From: Nanobdellati archaeon
GTDB taxonomy: Archaea; EX4484-52; GLR71
Assembly: GCA_019429125.1 (NCBI GenBank)
Contig: JAHYJO010000011.1
Coordinates: 1-49,959, forward strand
DNA: 49,959 nucleotides
Reading direction: 5' to 3'
The notes below the pieces were generated by a model. It worked only from the letters and a program-made list of their open reading frames with translations, was not told the origin of the DNA and did no database searches. A program made the position numbers and the translations under genes. Below, one piece after another: positions 39,005 through 48,043 of the stretch; the stretch's first letter is position 1, and every line of letters starts with the position of its first letter.

Positions 39005-40024
39005 TTGACAATAGAAACTAGAAAGATACAGGCAACAGGTGGTGGAGGTACATACATACTCTCACTTCCTAAAAAATGGATAAAAAAGTACAATCTTAAG
39101 CGACAGGATGACATTAACATATTTTCTAAAGATGATGGCGCACTTGTGCTTTTGCCTGCGATAAAAAGAGAGAACAAAAATATAATAATAGATGCAGACA
39201 GCATGTCTACAAGATATATCATAAGGCGTATGATTGGCACATACATAAACGGTGCTGACCAGATTAATATAATCGGACCTATCAGTCGGGAAGACAGAAG
39301 ACTTATCAGGTCGGCGGCAAAAGATATGCTCATAGGTGTCGAGATTTCAGAAGATCAAGACAAGATTTCAATACAGTGTATAATAGACATATCAAAATTA
39401 TCGAACAGGAAAATATTTGAAAACGCATACAAAGCAACCAACTGGATGTATATCACTGTGTTTTCTGCGCTTTATGAGAGAGACAGCGAGCTTGCAAAAG
39501 ATGTAATAGAACAAGACAGTGATGTTGACAAGCTGACCATACTTGCCATAAGATTATTGAACCTTGCTGCAAAAGACCCAAGCTTTTCTGAGTGTGTCGA
39601 GATTGCAGGGTGCGACGCATTGAATTACAGGGCACTTATAGACCATATCGAGACTATGGCAGACCATTGCGTAAATATTGCACAGGCAATAACTGATATT
39701 ATAGATAAAGAGATACCGACAGACCTGATAAATAAAATTATTGAAACCTCTAAAAAAGTCAATAAAATATATGCAGAGGTATTCTATGCATTCTGGTATA
39801 GGAAACCTGAACTTGCAAATAAGACTATTGAAGACGCGACAGAAATTGAGACTGGTATGCTATCTATTGAAAACAAAAGCAAGATACTCACAGATAAAAG
39901 GATTACAGACACAGCTGATGTTGTCGGAGCAATTGCTATAATTATAGATAATATAGGATCAATATTACATATATCCAAAAATATAGGTGAGCTTGTGATT
40001 GATATGGAAGAGGAGTGCAAATAG
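39005..40024 (+). CDS. phoU: AbrB-PhoU-type regulator (archaeal phosphate uptake regulator family)
   Basis: N-terminal ETRKIQATGGG.TYILSLPKKW (AbrB/SpoVT-like), IGTYINGAD, and PhoU-like VIEQDSDVDKL and IETMADH. Confidence 0.9.
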   Translation: MTIETRKIQATGGGGTYILSLPKKWIKKYNLKRQDDINIFSKDDGALVLLPAIKRENKNIIIDADSMSTRYIIRRMIGTYINGADQINIIGPISREDRRLIRSAAKDMLIGVEISEDQDKISIQCIIDISKLSNRKIFENAYKATNWMYITVFSALYERDSELAKDVIEQDSDVDKLTILAIRLLNLAAKDPSFSECVEIAGCDALNYRALIDHIETMADHCVNIAQAITDIIDKEIPTDLINKIIETSKKVNKIYAEVFYAFWYRKPELANKTIEDATEIETGMLSIENKSKILTDKRITDTADVVGAIAIIIDNIGSILHISKNIGELVIDMEEECK

Positions 40025-40044
40025 TCTTAAGTAATATATATTTA

Positions 40045-40389
40045 TCCTAAATTTGACAGTTTTAAAACTATTTCATTCTGAAAACCTATTTGATAGAAGT
40101 CCATTTTTAGCAATTTTTGTAAATTTTAACCCAACTGTCAAATTCATTTGGCTAATTTTGGTGAATTTTTTTAATTTTTAGTCTGAGTTAAATCTGAATT
40201 TCAATATAGATTAAACCATAATAACATATTAACATATTTTAATTGGGGCATATAAACTGTCAACTTGAGTATTGAAAAATAAGTGAAAAAACATAAAAAA
40301 AGCAATCCAGTAATATACTAATGTCTGTCAAATCCAGTATTAAAAAAACGCTAGAAAAATAAAAAAGGTCATAAATGTCAAAATTGGGT
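40045..40389. mobile_element. MITE-like non-coding element, copy 2 (345 bp)
   Basis: TA|TCCTAAATTTGACA ... TGTCAAAATTGGGT|TA; collinear with copy 1 but lacking about 87 internal bp. Confidence 0.8.
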
Positions 40390-40592
40390 TACACGCAGAT
40401 TTATACTTTATTTTGCGATGATGTTGAAGCATAAAAGAAAAAAAATAATCATAAAATTCACAAAAATAATACCTAAATTTAGACTATCAATTTAGAGTTA
40501 TCCATTATCTATAGCTCTTGTTGTACAATATTTACATTTTGAGACACTTCTTGATTATAAGGATTATATTTATTCGCTTGTATAGGATTTGT

Positions 40593-41636
40593 TTAATTTG
40601 AGTTTGTTGAGTTTGGATTGTTTGTATATTTGTCAGAACTTAAAATCTTTTGTTTAGGGTGGAGGCTATACCCTGAAGTTGAATCTTTTTTGTGGGGTTT
40701 AGATTCTGCATTGAATTGACTTGCAATGATTACTATGATGTTTTTCAAGAATAAATTAAGCATCTCTAAAAACATGAATATCGTAAGGAATGTTATGTGA
40801 GGATAGAACTGCTTGAATAATGTCAATATTTTTTGTGTAGAATCTATCGAATCTTTTTGGTTTTCATCAAAAGTTGATAGTTGCATATCAATTGATGATT
40901 TTGCCAGTTTGTCAATTTCTGCCATGCTGCTGTTTATTGCATTGAAACATCTCATTTTTTCGGAGGTTGTAAGGTCTGAGGGGACACTGTAGATACCATA
41001 TAATACTGATGTCTCTATAGCTTCTATCTGCGCATAGTTAGCCTCTTTCTGCTGGTCAGACATCTGCTGCTGTAATGAGTCCATATCAGAGATATCTATA
41101 CCACCCATAGATTGACTCATTGATGACATCTCTTTCTCTGCATAAGAAGGATTTACAACAAGAACCATAAATACTGTAAGAGCTAATGAGATGTTTAAGA
41201 TTGTGAGACCTTTTGAGACCACACCACTTAATATATTATATATTTTGGGTCTTTTTAATTTTTCTTTTTCTTTTCTTATAGATGTCAAGACTTGAAAATA
41301 TGCGATAAAAATACCTAACGAGAATATGATACTTGGTACTGAAAATGAATGAGATATCACGATGATTATTGAAATTAAAGCGGATATTAGAAGTATTGAG
41401 TTATCATGTTTTTCATTATATGCATAGATTGAAAAAAAAGCAAAAGATGTACAGAACATGATTAAAGATAGACCAACTAATAACCAACTTACCCCAATAC
41501 TTGTGCCTGCGAAAATTTCAGAGATAAAACTCATTGGAGATAAGAGTCTGTTGAAAGAAAAACCAGAACCCAACATCAAAATTATGAAAATGACTGAAGA
41601 TACAAAATAAACTATCATGTTATTATTATATTTCAT
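40593..41636 (-). CDS. Multi-pass membrane protein of unknown function
   Basis: About five N-terminal hydrophobic segments, a helical soluble loop and one more TM; starts 25 bp after the giant surface protein gene. Confidence 0.8.
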   Translation of the reverse strand: MKYNNNMIVYFVSSVIFIILMLGSGFSFNRLLSPMSFISEIFAGTSIGVSWLLVGLSLIMFCTSFAFFSIYAYNEKHDNSILLISALISIIIVISHSFSVPSIIFSLGIFIAYFQVLTSIRKEKEKLKRPKIYNILSGVVSKGLTILNISLALTVFMVLVVNPSYAEKEMSSMSQSMGGIDISDMDSLQQQMSDQQKEANYAQIEAIETSVLYGIYSVPSDLTTSEKMRCFNAINSSMAEIDKLAKSSIDMQLSTFDENQKDSIDSTQKILTLFKQFYPHITFLTIFMFLEMLNLFLKNIIVIIASQFNAESKPHKKDSTSGYSLHPKQKILSSDKYTNNPNSTNSN

Positions 41637-41661
41637 AATATATCACAATCATTATCTATGA

Positions 41662-44600
41662 TTATTTATGGCTGTACTTCTTGTGAAGTTCCAGCTCATA
41701 TTTAGTCTTGAAATCTTTACTGCACATACCACATCGTGTCTTTGAGATCTCAAAATGCCGTATCTTACTTGGTGCGGTAGGCATTGATGATGTTTTTCTT
41801 GAAAGGCTACTTGCACCTAAAGGAGTTATTTTTACATGAGACTTTTTTTGGTAGGCGCTATATGTCGAATTATGATGAGGTTTTGGAGCATAGAAATCTT
41901 GCGAGCCTGTAAACCTTTCGTTTGATAGTTTGGTCTGATGACTGTGCAAGTTATCCATCTTTAGATGGAACTTGTGTTTCAAGACATGAATTTTCCTCAA
42001 TAGTTTTACTTCAAAGACAGGTTTGTGATGGTAACTGTGGATGTTTGGACTCCCTGATTGAGAGGAATTATTATTTTGTGATTTTTTTGGAGATATGAAG
42101 GGGATAAGGCGTAACTGTATCAATTTAGCCATGTTGCCTTTTTCAAATATGTGATAACCTTTCGGATTGGACTGGTCATACAATAAGTATGCACCTATTG
42201 CAATTAATAATAATGTGAGTACAGTAAGTATATATCTGAAACTGCCACCTTGCTTTAATATAGTACCATCCATCAAAGCATTTGCTTCTATTATCAATCT
42301 TTCAATCTCTGCCTTTTTCTCATAGGCTGTTAAGAAATCTCCTGACTTCGTTGCATTTTTAAGTTCACCATAAAGGATGTCAATCTGATTTATTGTGTTA
42401 TTTACTAAAGTATAATTTGTGCTATTAAGATGATTTTCTATATCTTCAAATTGTTTTTTTAATTTGTCAATATCATCGTCTAAAACTGGCATCCAATCAT
42501 CAATTTCCTGTATAGATTCTGCGTTTGGGAGGATTGATAATACAAAGGTTGTGGAAGCTGTCAATTTATTGGAATTGAATGTGACTGTGATGTTCTTCCT
42601 ACCCACTGGAGCCTCATCTGATATATCTAGAAGTACTATTATTTCTTGTGGCTCGTCATCTAAAATCTTGTCTGGAAGAGTTGTCAAAATCTTGTATGAT
42701 GAATTTTCACCAAGACCAACAAGTATGAAATCAAAATCTTTGATTATTTTGGTTCCGTTATTTTTATACTTTATTGTTATTGTCGATGTATTGCCCTGCA
42801 CAATCTCTAGATTAGGTATTTGGGTAAAATCGATTGAATATATGTAATTTATGCATTTGTGGGAAGAATAATATCCATCATCACATGGTACAAATTTGCA
42901 GACACTGCCCACACAGGCTTCATCATAGTCGCATGCGCTCACATCACAGGTTGATATTAGAGTGGTAGGAGTTGCAGCTACTACTTCCTCCGGAGGTGTG
43001 ACTGGTGCTGTGGTTGTAAGATCTATTATTTTTGATAAAGAAGATGTAGTTCCATTGAACCAGAATTTTCCACTTGTAACTGTGGCTGTAACTGTACAGT
43101 CTGTTTTGTTTGCAATTGGGTCAACTGTCCAAGTTGCAGTTCCGGATGCACCGGGAGCAATTGATGCTATTGTCTTTGCTGCATCACCAAATATTTTAAG
43201 ATAAGATGTTCCGCATGTTGTAAGTGTAAGAGTTGCTGTCAAGGTTCCTGACGATTCTAAACCATTATTTGTTATTGTTATTCCATAAGTGTCATAGCCT
43301 GTGAAAGTATAAACATTTATATTTTCTGGAACTTTACCAGTTGTCCAAATTGGTACTGAAAGATACGGTGCGTATATATCTAGGTCTTGTGTGTATGTTG
43401 CGGAATAGTTTCCGGAGGTTACTGTTGTATCCAATTTTAGATTACCACCTACCATGTTTGAGGGTAAGGTAATATTTAAAAGATAAGTTCCAGGTGTTGC
43501 AGTTTCAGTAAAATTGTTTAAGGATGAGAGTATGGATTGAGATGCACCGTTTTTTATTGCTAATCCTGTTAGGTTTGAGGATTTCATCCCTGTGACAGGA
43601 GTTCCATCTCGGTAAGATATATCCATCTCGAAAGTTGTTGTGTTTCCAGGATAAAGTTTTTCAACTGATGGGTGTGTCATCTTTATGTCAAAGGTGTCTG
43701 TTATTATCAAATTAAGTGTGACTGAATAATTATCTATTGGTTCACCGTTTGATGTTGTTATATTGAATTTTGTTGAATAAGTTATGCTTTTTGTGTGGTT
43801 GGAGACGTTGAAAGTCAAGATTAATGACTTGTTTGCGTTTGCAGTTATGTCACCGAAAGATGCATTGTTGCCTGTGACTGTGATACCATCTGTTCCGTTT
43901 TTGATTGTGATTGTTATGTTTTCATTTCCGTTTGTGAAATTCAATGATGAAAAATTCATGTTGACATTACTTAATGTTCCGCCATTGTTGTTCTTTAGTA
44001 TTAGACTGTAATCTTTTTGTCCGCTCTCTGTGTTTGCATAAAATGTATAGGTTGCTGTGCTACTTGTAATTGGAGTTGATACTACATCAGACAATATCCA
44101 TAACTCCGGTGCATTGACTGAGAATGTTATGTTTTTTGTGATTGTATTGTTTATGTTTGAATATGTCAAGGTTCCTATATAATTTCCAGCAGGGATTTTG
44201 TCTGGGACTGTTATGTTGTAATTGAATATCTTTGAGGACTTGTTTTCTAAAATTTGAGTTGTATTGAAATCACTTGATATCCAGGCAGATTCAGTTAATC
44301 CAATTTCAACTGTTATGTTTACAGGAAGACTTGACTGGTTCATTGTATTTGCATCAATTATCAGCTCAGTTATTCCCGGAGCGTTTGCCAAAGGTTGTGT
44401 ATATGTTATGTTTCCAAGGGATGTGTTATAAGATAATGTGACTGTGATGTTATTTGTTGTTGTATTTACAGGTAACGCAAAATAAAATGATTTTGTCTCA
44501 AGTCTTGTGAAATTGTTTGTGAAATTGTATACTTTTTTTAAAGTTATGGTCTCTGTAATTGCGGACTGGTTGTTGTGTGCATTGTTTGTCAGGTTTACGG

Positions 44601-47046
44601 AATGGGTTGAAGTCTCTGCAACTGCAATTGATCCGAAGTCAAGGTCTGTTGATATGTTTGTTTCAAAGTCTTGGATGAATGTTGTGTTTGAAAGTGCGTT
44701 GTCTGTAGTTATAGTTTCTAAAGTACCATTTGTTCCTGTTATGTTTGCTGAAAAATAATGAGTGCCTTTCGTCACATTCCATGCAACTGTTGATTCAATA
44801 GTTATTGGTGAAGTTGTTGTATTGAAAATGTCTATATAGGTCTGAGTTGACAGTTTTGTTCCATCAACATAAAAACTAATATTTACATAAGATACATTGA
44901 AGCCGTAAGTTGCTATTGTTGCGTTTATTGTTGTTGTGTCACCTGTGTATAAGGCTGATGTGTCTGCGAGATATACACCTGTAATTTTTAGGTTAGGTCT
45001 TAAATTGAAAATGTGCGTATGATTTGTTGAATGACCGTATGCGTCTGTTGCGTTGATTGTTATGTTGTGAGAGTCGTTTTCAATCCAGTTTATTTGTGGG
45101 AAATCTGCGACCCCATCTTTTGTTTCATTGTAAAGAGAGATGTAAGCTCCACCGTCAATTGAGTATGTTACATTTGCATCTTCATCTGTTGATATGTTAA
45201 TCAGGTCTGTTGAATTTGAGTAAGAATATGTGTTCTCTGGAGAGTTGATTATTATTGTTGGTGCGAGTGTGTCTATTACTGCAAGGTCAATTGAAAGAGA
45301 ATCATTGTAGTTGCCGGACTTGTCTGTGGCATTTATCTTTATGGTGTATGTGCCGTTGTTTATTGAGTTTGATACGTTTAAGAGGTAAGTGTATAAATTA
45401 TTCCCTGCAGAAGTCAGAAGCTGTGTTGCATTGCCACCCAGCACACTTAGGTTTGCATAGACTGTGTCAAGTTCAAGGTCTGTGATGTTTGCGGTGATGA
45501 TTGTTGTGTCTGTGCCTGTTGCATTGATTTGGGTTTTTGATAGGTTGACTGAAAATGCTTTAGGGATTGTGACATCTGTGACATTTAGGGTTATGTATTC
45601 TGTGTTGTTGATGTTGTTGTTTTTGTCGGTTGCTGTGATGTTAAGACGGTATGTGCCTGAACGGACTGTGTCTGGGATTGAAATCATCCAAGAGTAAATT
45701 GAATCATTTAATGTTGAATCATTTGATAGAGGAAATGCATTTCCTTTATCATACATTCTTTGCTGTGAGGAATATCCAATAGATAATAAATTGATATAAA
45801 CTGATTCCAAACTATCACCATCAATTTCTATACCTTCCAAATCAGTGACGTTGACAGTTAAAGTAGTGCTGGTCCCATTAGCTGGAACAACACTCAACGT
45901 CGAATTCATATCAATTACATAAGGTGCTGTTACGTCGATAACTGTTATTGATAATGATTGTGAACTGTTTTCGTTTGAAGAATTATCTGTTGCATTAACA
46001 TATATATTATATGTGCCGTTTTTGAATGTCGCATCTATTGTCATGTTGAATGTCCAGATATTGTCTGATGCATTTGTATCACCGTGTGTGCCGTCATTGT
46101 ACATCTGTTGGTCACCTGCGCCACCTAACCCAGTCAGATTTATTGTTACATTGTTTAATTCTGTGTCTGTGACTGTTGCAGTAAATATTAATTGGTCTGT
46201 GCCGTTTGCATTGACTGATAAATCTCCTATTGTCGTTAATGAAACTGAAGGCGCTGTGATGTCATTAATTGTCAAGTTGATGTACTGAGTATTGTTGTAA
46301 TTTCCGAATTTGTCTGTCAGGTTTAATTCCAGTGTTTTTAGACCGCTGATTAAAGCTAGGTTTCCTGAAAGGTTGTAATAATATAAATTGTTTGTATCGT
46401 TTTTTGTCATTGCAGTCTTATTAGAATATGAAACGCCAAGAGAGGATAGGTTTAGTTTTACAGTATCTATGTTTGCATCTGAGACATTAACTGTTAAAAA
46501 TATGTAAGATGCTGAGGTTGCGTTTAATTGAATATTTTGCGATGTGTTTTCTATCTCAATCTGTGGTGCTTTGCCATCAACACCAGTTGTGATGTTTGTT
46601 GAATTTGTGCTTCCGTTAAGATCAGTTGTTGTGATGTTCCAGAAATATACTATTTCATCTGTCATTGTCGGGGATGTTGTATTGAACCAGATGTTAATCT
46701 CTTCTGTTGCATTGGCTGTTTGCGATGTACAAGTTATTAATATATTGGTAGCGGTTGTATTTGAACATGTCCAGTTAGGACCGTTAGTGCCTATTGTGGT
46801 ATTATCTAGGAGGAAGGATGAATTGAATTCTATTGTAGTCTTGTTGATTAACTCATTTGTTGATATTGTAAAGTTGTATAGGTTTGTGGTGTTTGAATCT
46901 GTCCAATTTGAAACTGAAGGTTCTGAAATCGTGAGTACTGTTGAATCAAGGTTGTGCAAAGAAGACGTTAAGGTTGATAAAAAAAGGATTGAAAGGAGAA
47001 TTAATGATAAGAATGTCCATTGTTTTAAATTGGTATATTTGCGCAT
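41662..47046 (-). CDS. Giant surface glycoprotein (1794 aa) with Ig-like repeats, TM and cytoplasmic C2H2 zinc finger
   Basis: Signal peptide, repeated domains ending D.TAP, MYNDGTHGD..ASDNIWT motif, Cys-rich module, helical stalk, TM, and C-terminal CGMC-SKDFKTKYELEL-HKKYSH. Confidence 0.9.
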   Translation of the reverse strand: MRKYTNLKQWTFLSLILLSILFLSTLTSSLHNLDSTVLTISEPSVSNWTDSNTTNLYNFTISTNELINKTTIEFNSSFLLDNTTIGTNGPNWTCSNTTATNILITCTSQTANATEEINIWFNTTSPTMTDEIVYFWNITTTDLNGSTNSTNITTGVDGKAPQIEIENTSQNIQLNATSASYIFLTVNVSDANIDTVKLNLSSLGVSYSNKTAMTKNDTNNLYYYNLSGNLALISGLKTLELNLTDKFGNYNNTQYINLTINDITAPSVSLTTIGDLSVNANGTDQLIFTATVTDTELNNVTINLTGLGGAGDQQMYNDGTHGDTNASDNIWTFNMTIDATFKNGTYNIYVNATDNSSNENSSQSLSITVIDVTAPYVIDMNSTLSVVPANGTSTTLTVNVTDLEGIEIDGDSLESVYINLLSIGYSSQQRMYDKGNAFPLSNDSTLNDSIYSWMISIPDTVRSGTYRLNITATDKNNNINNTEYITLNVTDVTIPKAFSVNLSKTQINATGTDTTIITANITDLELDTVYANLSVLGGNATQLLTSAGNNLYTYLLNVSNSINNGTYTIKINATDKSGNYNDSLSIDLAVIDTLAPTIIINSPENTYSYSNSTDLINISTDEDANVTYSIDGGAYISLYNETKDGVADFPQINWIENDSHNITINATDAYGHSTNHTHIFNLRPNLKITGVYLADTSALYTGDTTTINATIATYGFNVSYVNISFYVDGTKLSTQTYIDIFNTTTSPITIESTVAWNVTKGTHYFSANITGTNGTLETITTDNALSNTTFIQDFETNISTDLDFGSIAVAETSTHSVNLTNNAHNNQSAITETITLKKVYNFTNNFTRLETKSFYFALPVNTTTNNITVTLSYNTSLGNITYTQPLANAPGITELIIDANTMNQSSLPVNITVEIGLTESAWISSDFNTTQILENKSSKIFNYNITVPDKIPAGNYIGTLTYSNINNTITKNITFSVNAPELWILSDVVSTPITSSTATYTFYANTESGQKDYSLILKNNNGGTLSNVNMNFSSLNFTNGNENITITIKNGTDGITVTGNNASFGDITANANKSLILTFNVSNHTKSITYSTKFNITTSNGEPIDNYSVTLNLIITDTFDIKMTHPSVEKLYPGNTTTFEMDISYRDGTPVTGMKSSNLTGLAIKNGASQSILSSLNNFTETATPGTYLLNITLPSNMVGGNLKLDTTVTSGNYSATYTQDLDIYAPYLSVPIWTTGKVPENINVYTFTGYDTYGITITNNGLESSGTLTATLTLTTCGTSYLKIFGDAAKTIASIAPGASGTATWTVDPIANKTDCTVTATVTSGKFWFNGTTSSLSKIIDLTTTAPVTPPEEVVAATPTTLISTCDVSACDYDEACVGSVCKFVPCDDGYYSSHKCINYIYSIDFTQIPNLEIVQGNTSTITIKYKNNGTKIIKDFDFILVGLGENSSYKILTTLPDKILDDEPQEIIVLLDISDEAPVGRKNITVTFNSNKLTASTTFVLSILPNAESIQEIDDWMPVLDDDIDKLKKQFEDIENHLNSTNYTLVNNTINQIDILYGELKNATKSGDFLTAYEKKAEIERLIIEANALMDGTILKQGGSFRYILTVLTLLLIAIGAYLLYDQSNPKGYHIFEKGNMAKLIQLRLIPFISPKKSQNNNSSQSGSPNIHSYHHKPVFEVKLLRKIHVLKHKFHLKMDNLHSHQTKLSNERFTGSQDFYAPKPHHNSTYSAYQKKSHVKITPLGASSLSRKTSSMPTAPSKIRHFEISKTRCGMCSKDFKTKYELELHKKYSHK

Positions 47047-47129
47047 TAAATCCCCAGTCCTTATGTGTAATATATATATTTATGTATAATTTTATATATT
47101 ATATCGGTTTTTCAAAAATACTTAAATAC

Positions 47130-47915
47130 TTATCTATTTAGTCCGGGAATCTTTGATACAAAAGTTTTCAAGAAACTACTAGTTTCGGTTTCAGTACCAC
47201 ATAATTTGACGGCAAGTTGTGAGATTGCAATAGACGACGGACATCGTGGACTATAATCAATCACAGATTTACCAAAGACTGTTGATTGTTTTACATTCTT
47301 GTGGAACGGTATTTTTGAGATAACCTTTGAATCCATGAATTCTGATATCTGCTTATCTGTAAGTTCCAGATATTCACCGCGTGTCATGTTTAAGACAATA
47401 CCTTTTGTTGGTTTTCCTAGATTAGTTGCAAGACGTTTTACCAGTGCTGCATTTGACACAGATGGTATGTCTGGATTTGTGACAATCAGTACTGAATCTG
47501 ATGCATTTATCGCTTCCTTGACCTCGTCGTCTGCACCGGCGGCTGTATCTATCAATATGAAATCAAAATGACCTATAAGATTTGATATAACTCCAGAGAA
47601 ACCGCGCATACTAGAACCTGCAACATTAATGGATGCAGGCAAGACATGAAAACCGCAGGGGTGCATATATATAGCATTGTCAAAAGTATCTTTTCCTGAA
47701 AGGACTGAATTTAGATCTGCCTGTGACTCAAGCATATTTAAATGAATACCCATGTTTGCCCCTGAAATGTTTGCATCGATTACAAGAACTGATTTGCCTT
47801 GTTTTGAGATGCTATCTGCAAGATTTGCAGTAACAGTAGTTTTTCCCACACCACCTTTTCCAGATATTACAGATATAACTTCAGTCATCTTGTTCACATC
47901 ATCCACAATAGTCAC
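47130..47915 (-). CDS. minD: MinD/ParA-family ATPase (archaeal MinD-like)
   Basis: SGKGGVGKTT deviant Walker A, DANISGANMGIHL, DTAAG and amphipathic C-terminus. Confidence 0.9.
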   Translation of the reverse strand: MTIVDDVNKMTEVISVISGKGGVGKTTVTANLADSISKQGKSVLVIDANISGANMGIHLNMLESQADLNSVLSGKDTFDNAIYMHPCGFHVLPASINVAGSSMRGFSGVISNLIGHFDFILIDTAAGADDEVKEAINASDSVLIVTNPDIPSVSNAALVKRLATNLGKPTKGIVLNMTRGEYLELTDKQISEFMDSKVISKIPFHKNVKQSTVFGKSVIDYSPRCPSSIAISQLAVKLCGTETETSSFLKTFVSKIPGLNR

Positions 47916-47996
47916 TTTCCCTTGATGTATTTTTGGTCTTTGGGCTATAAATAGTTTTTTGTGAAAAGGAATAAAAAGAGGAGAAAAAATGAAAAA

Positions 47997-48030
47997 AGAG
48001 AGAGAGAGATAGATAGATAGATAGAGAAAG
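47997..48030. repeat. (AG)n/(AGAT)n microsatellite
   Basis: AGAGAGAGAGAGATAGATAGATAGATAGAG read directly; lies 3' of purC. Confidence 0.8.
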
Positions 48031-48043
48031 AGTTTATTATGTC

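Noticed and set aside
16695-47046. Diversity-generating retroelement acting on the surface proteins
   Set aside because: No reverse transcriptase and no template/variable repeat pair differing at adenines seen in the window.
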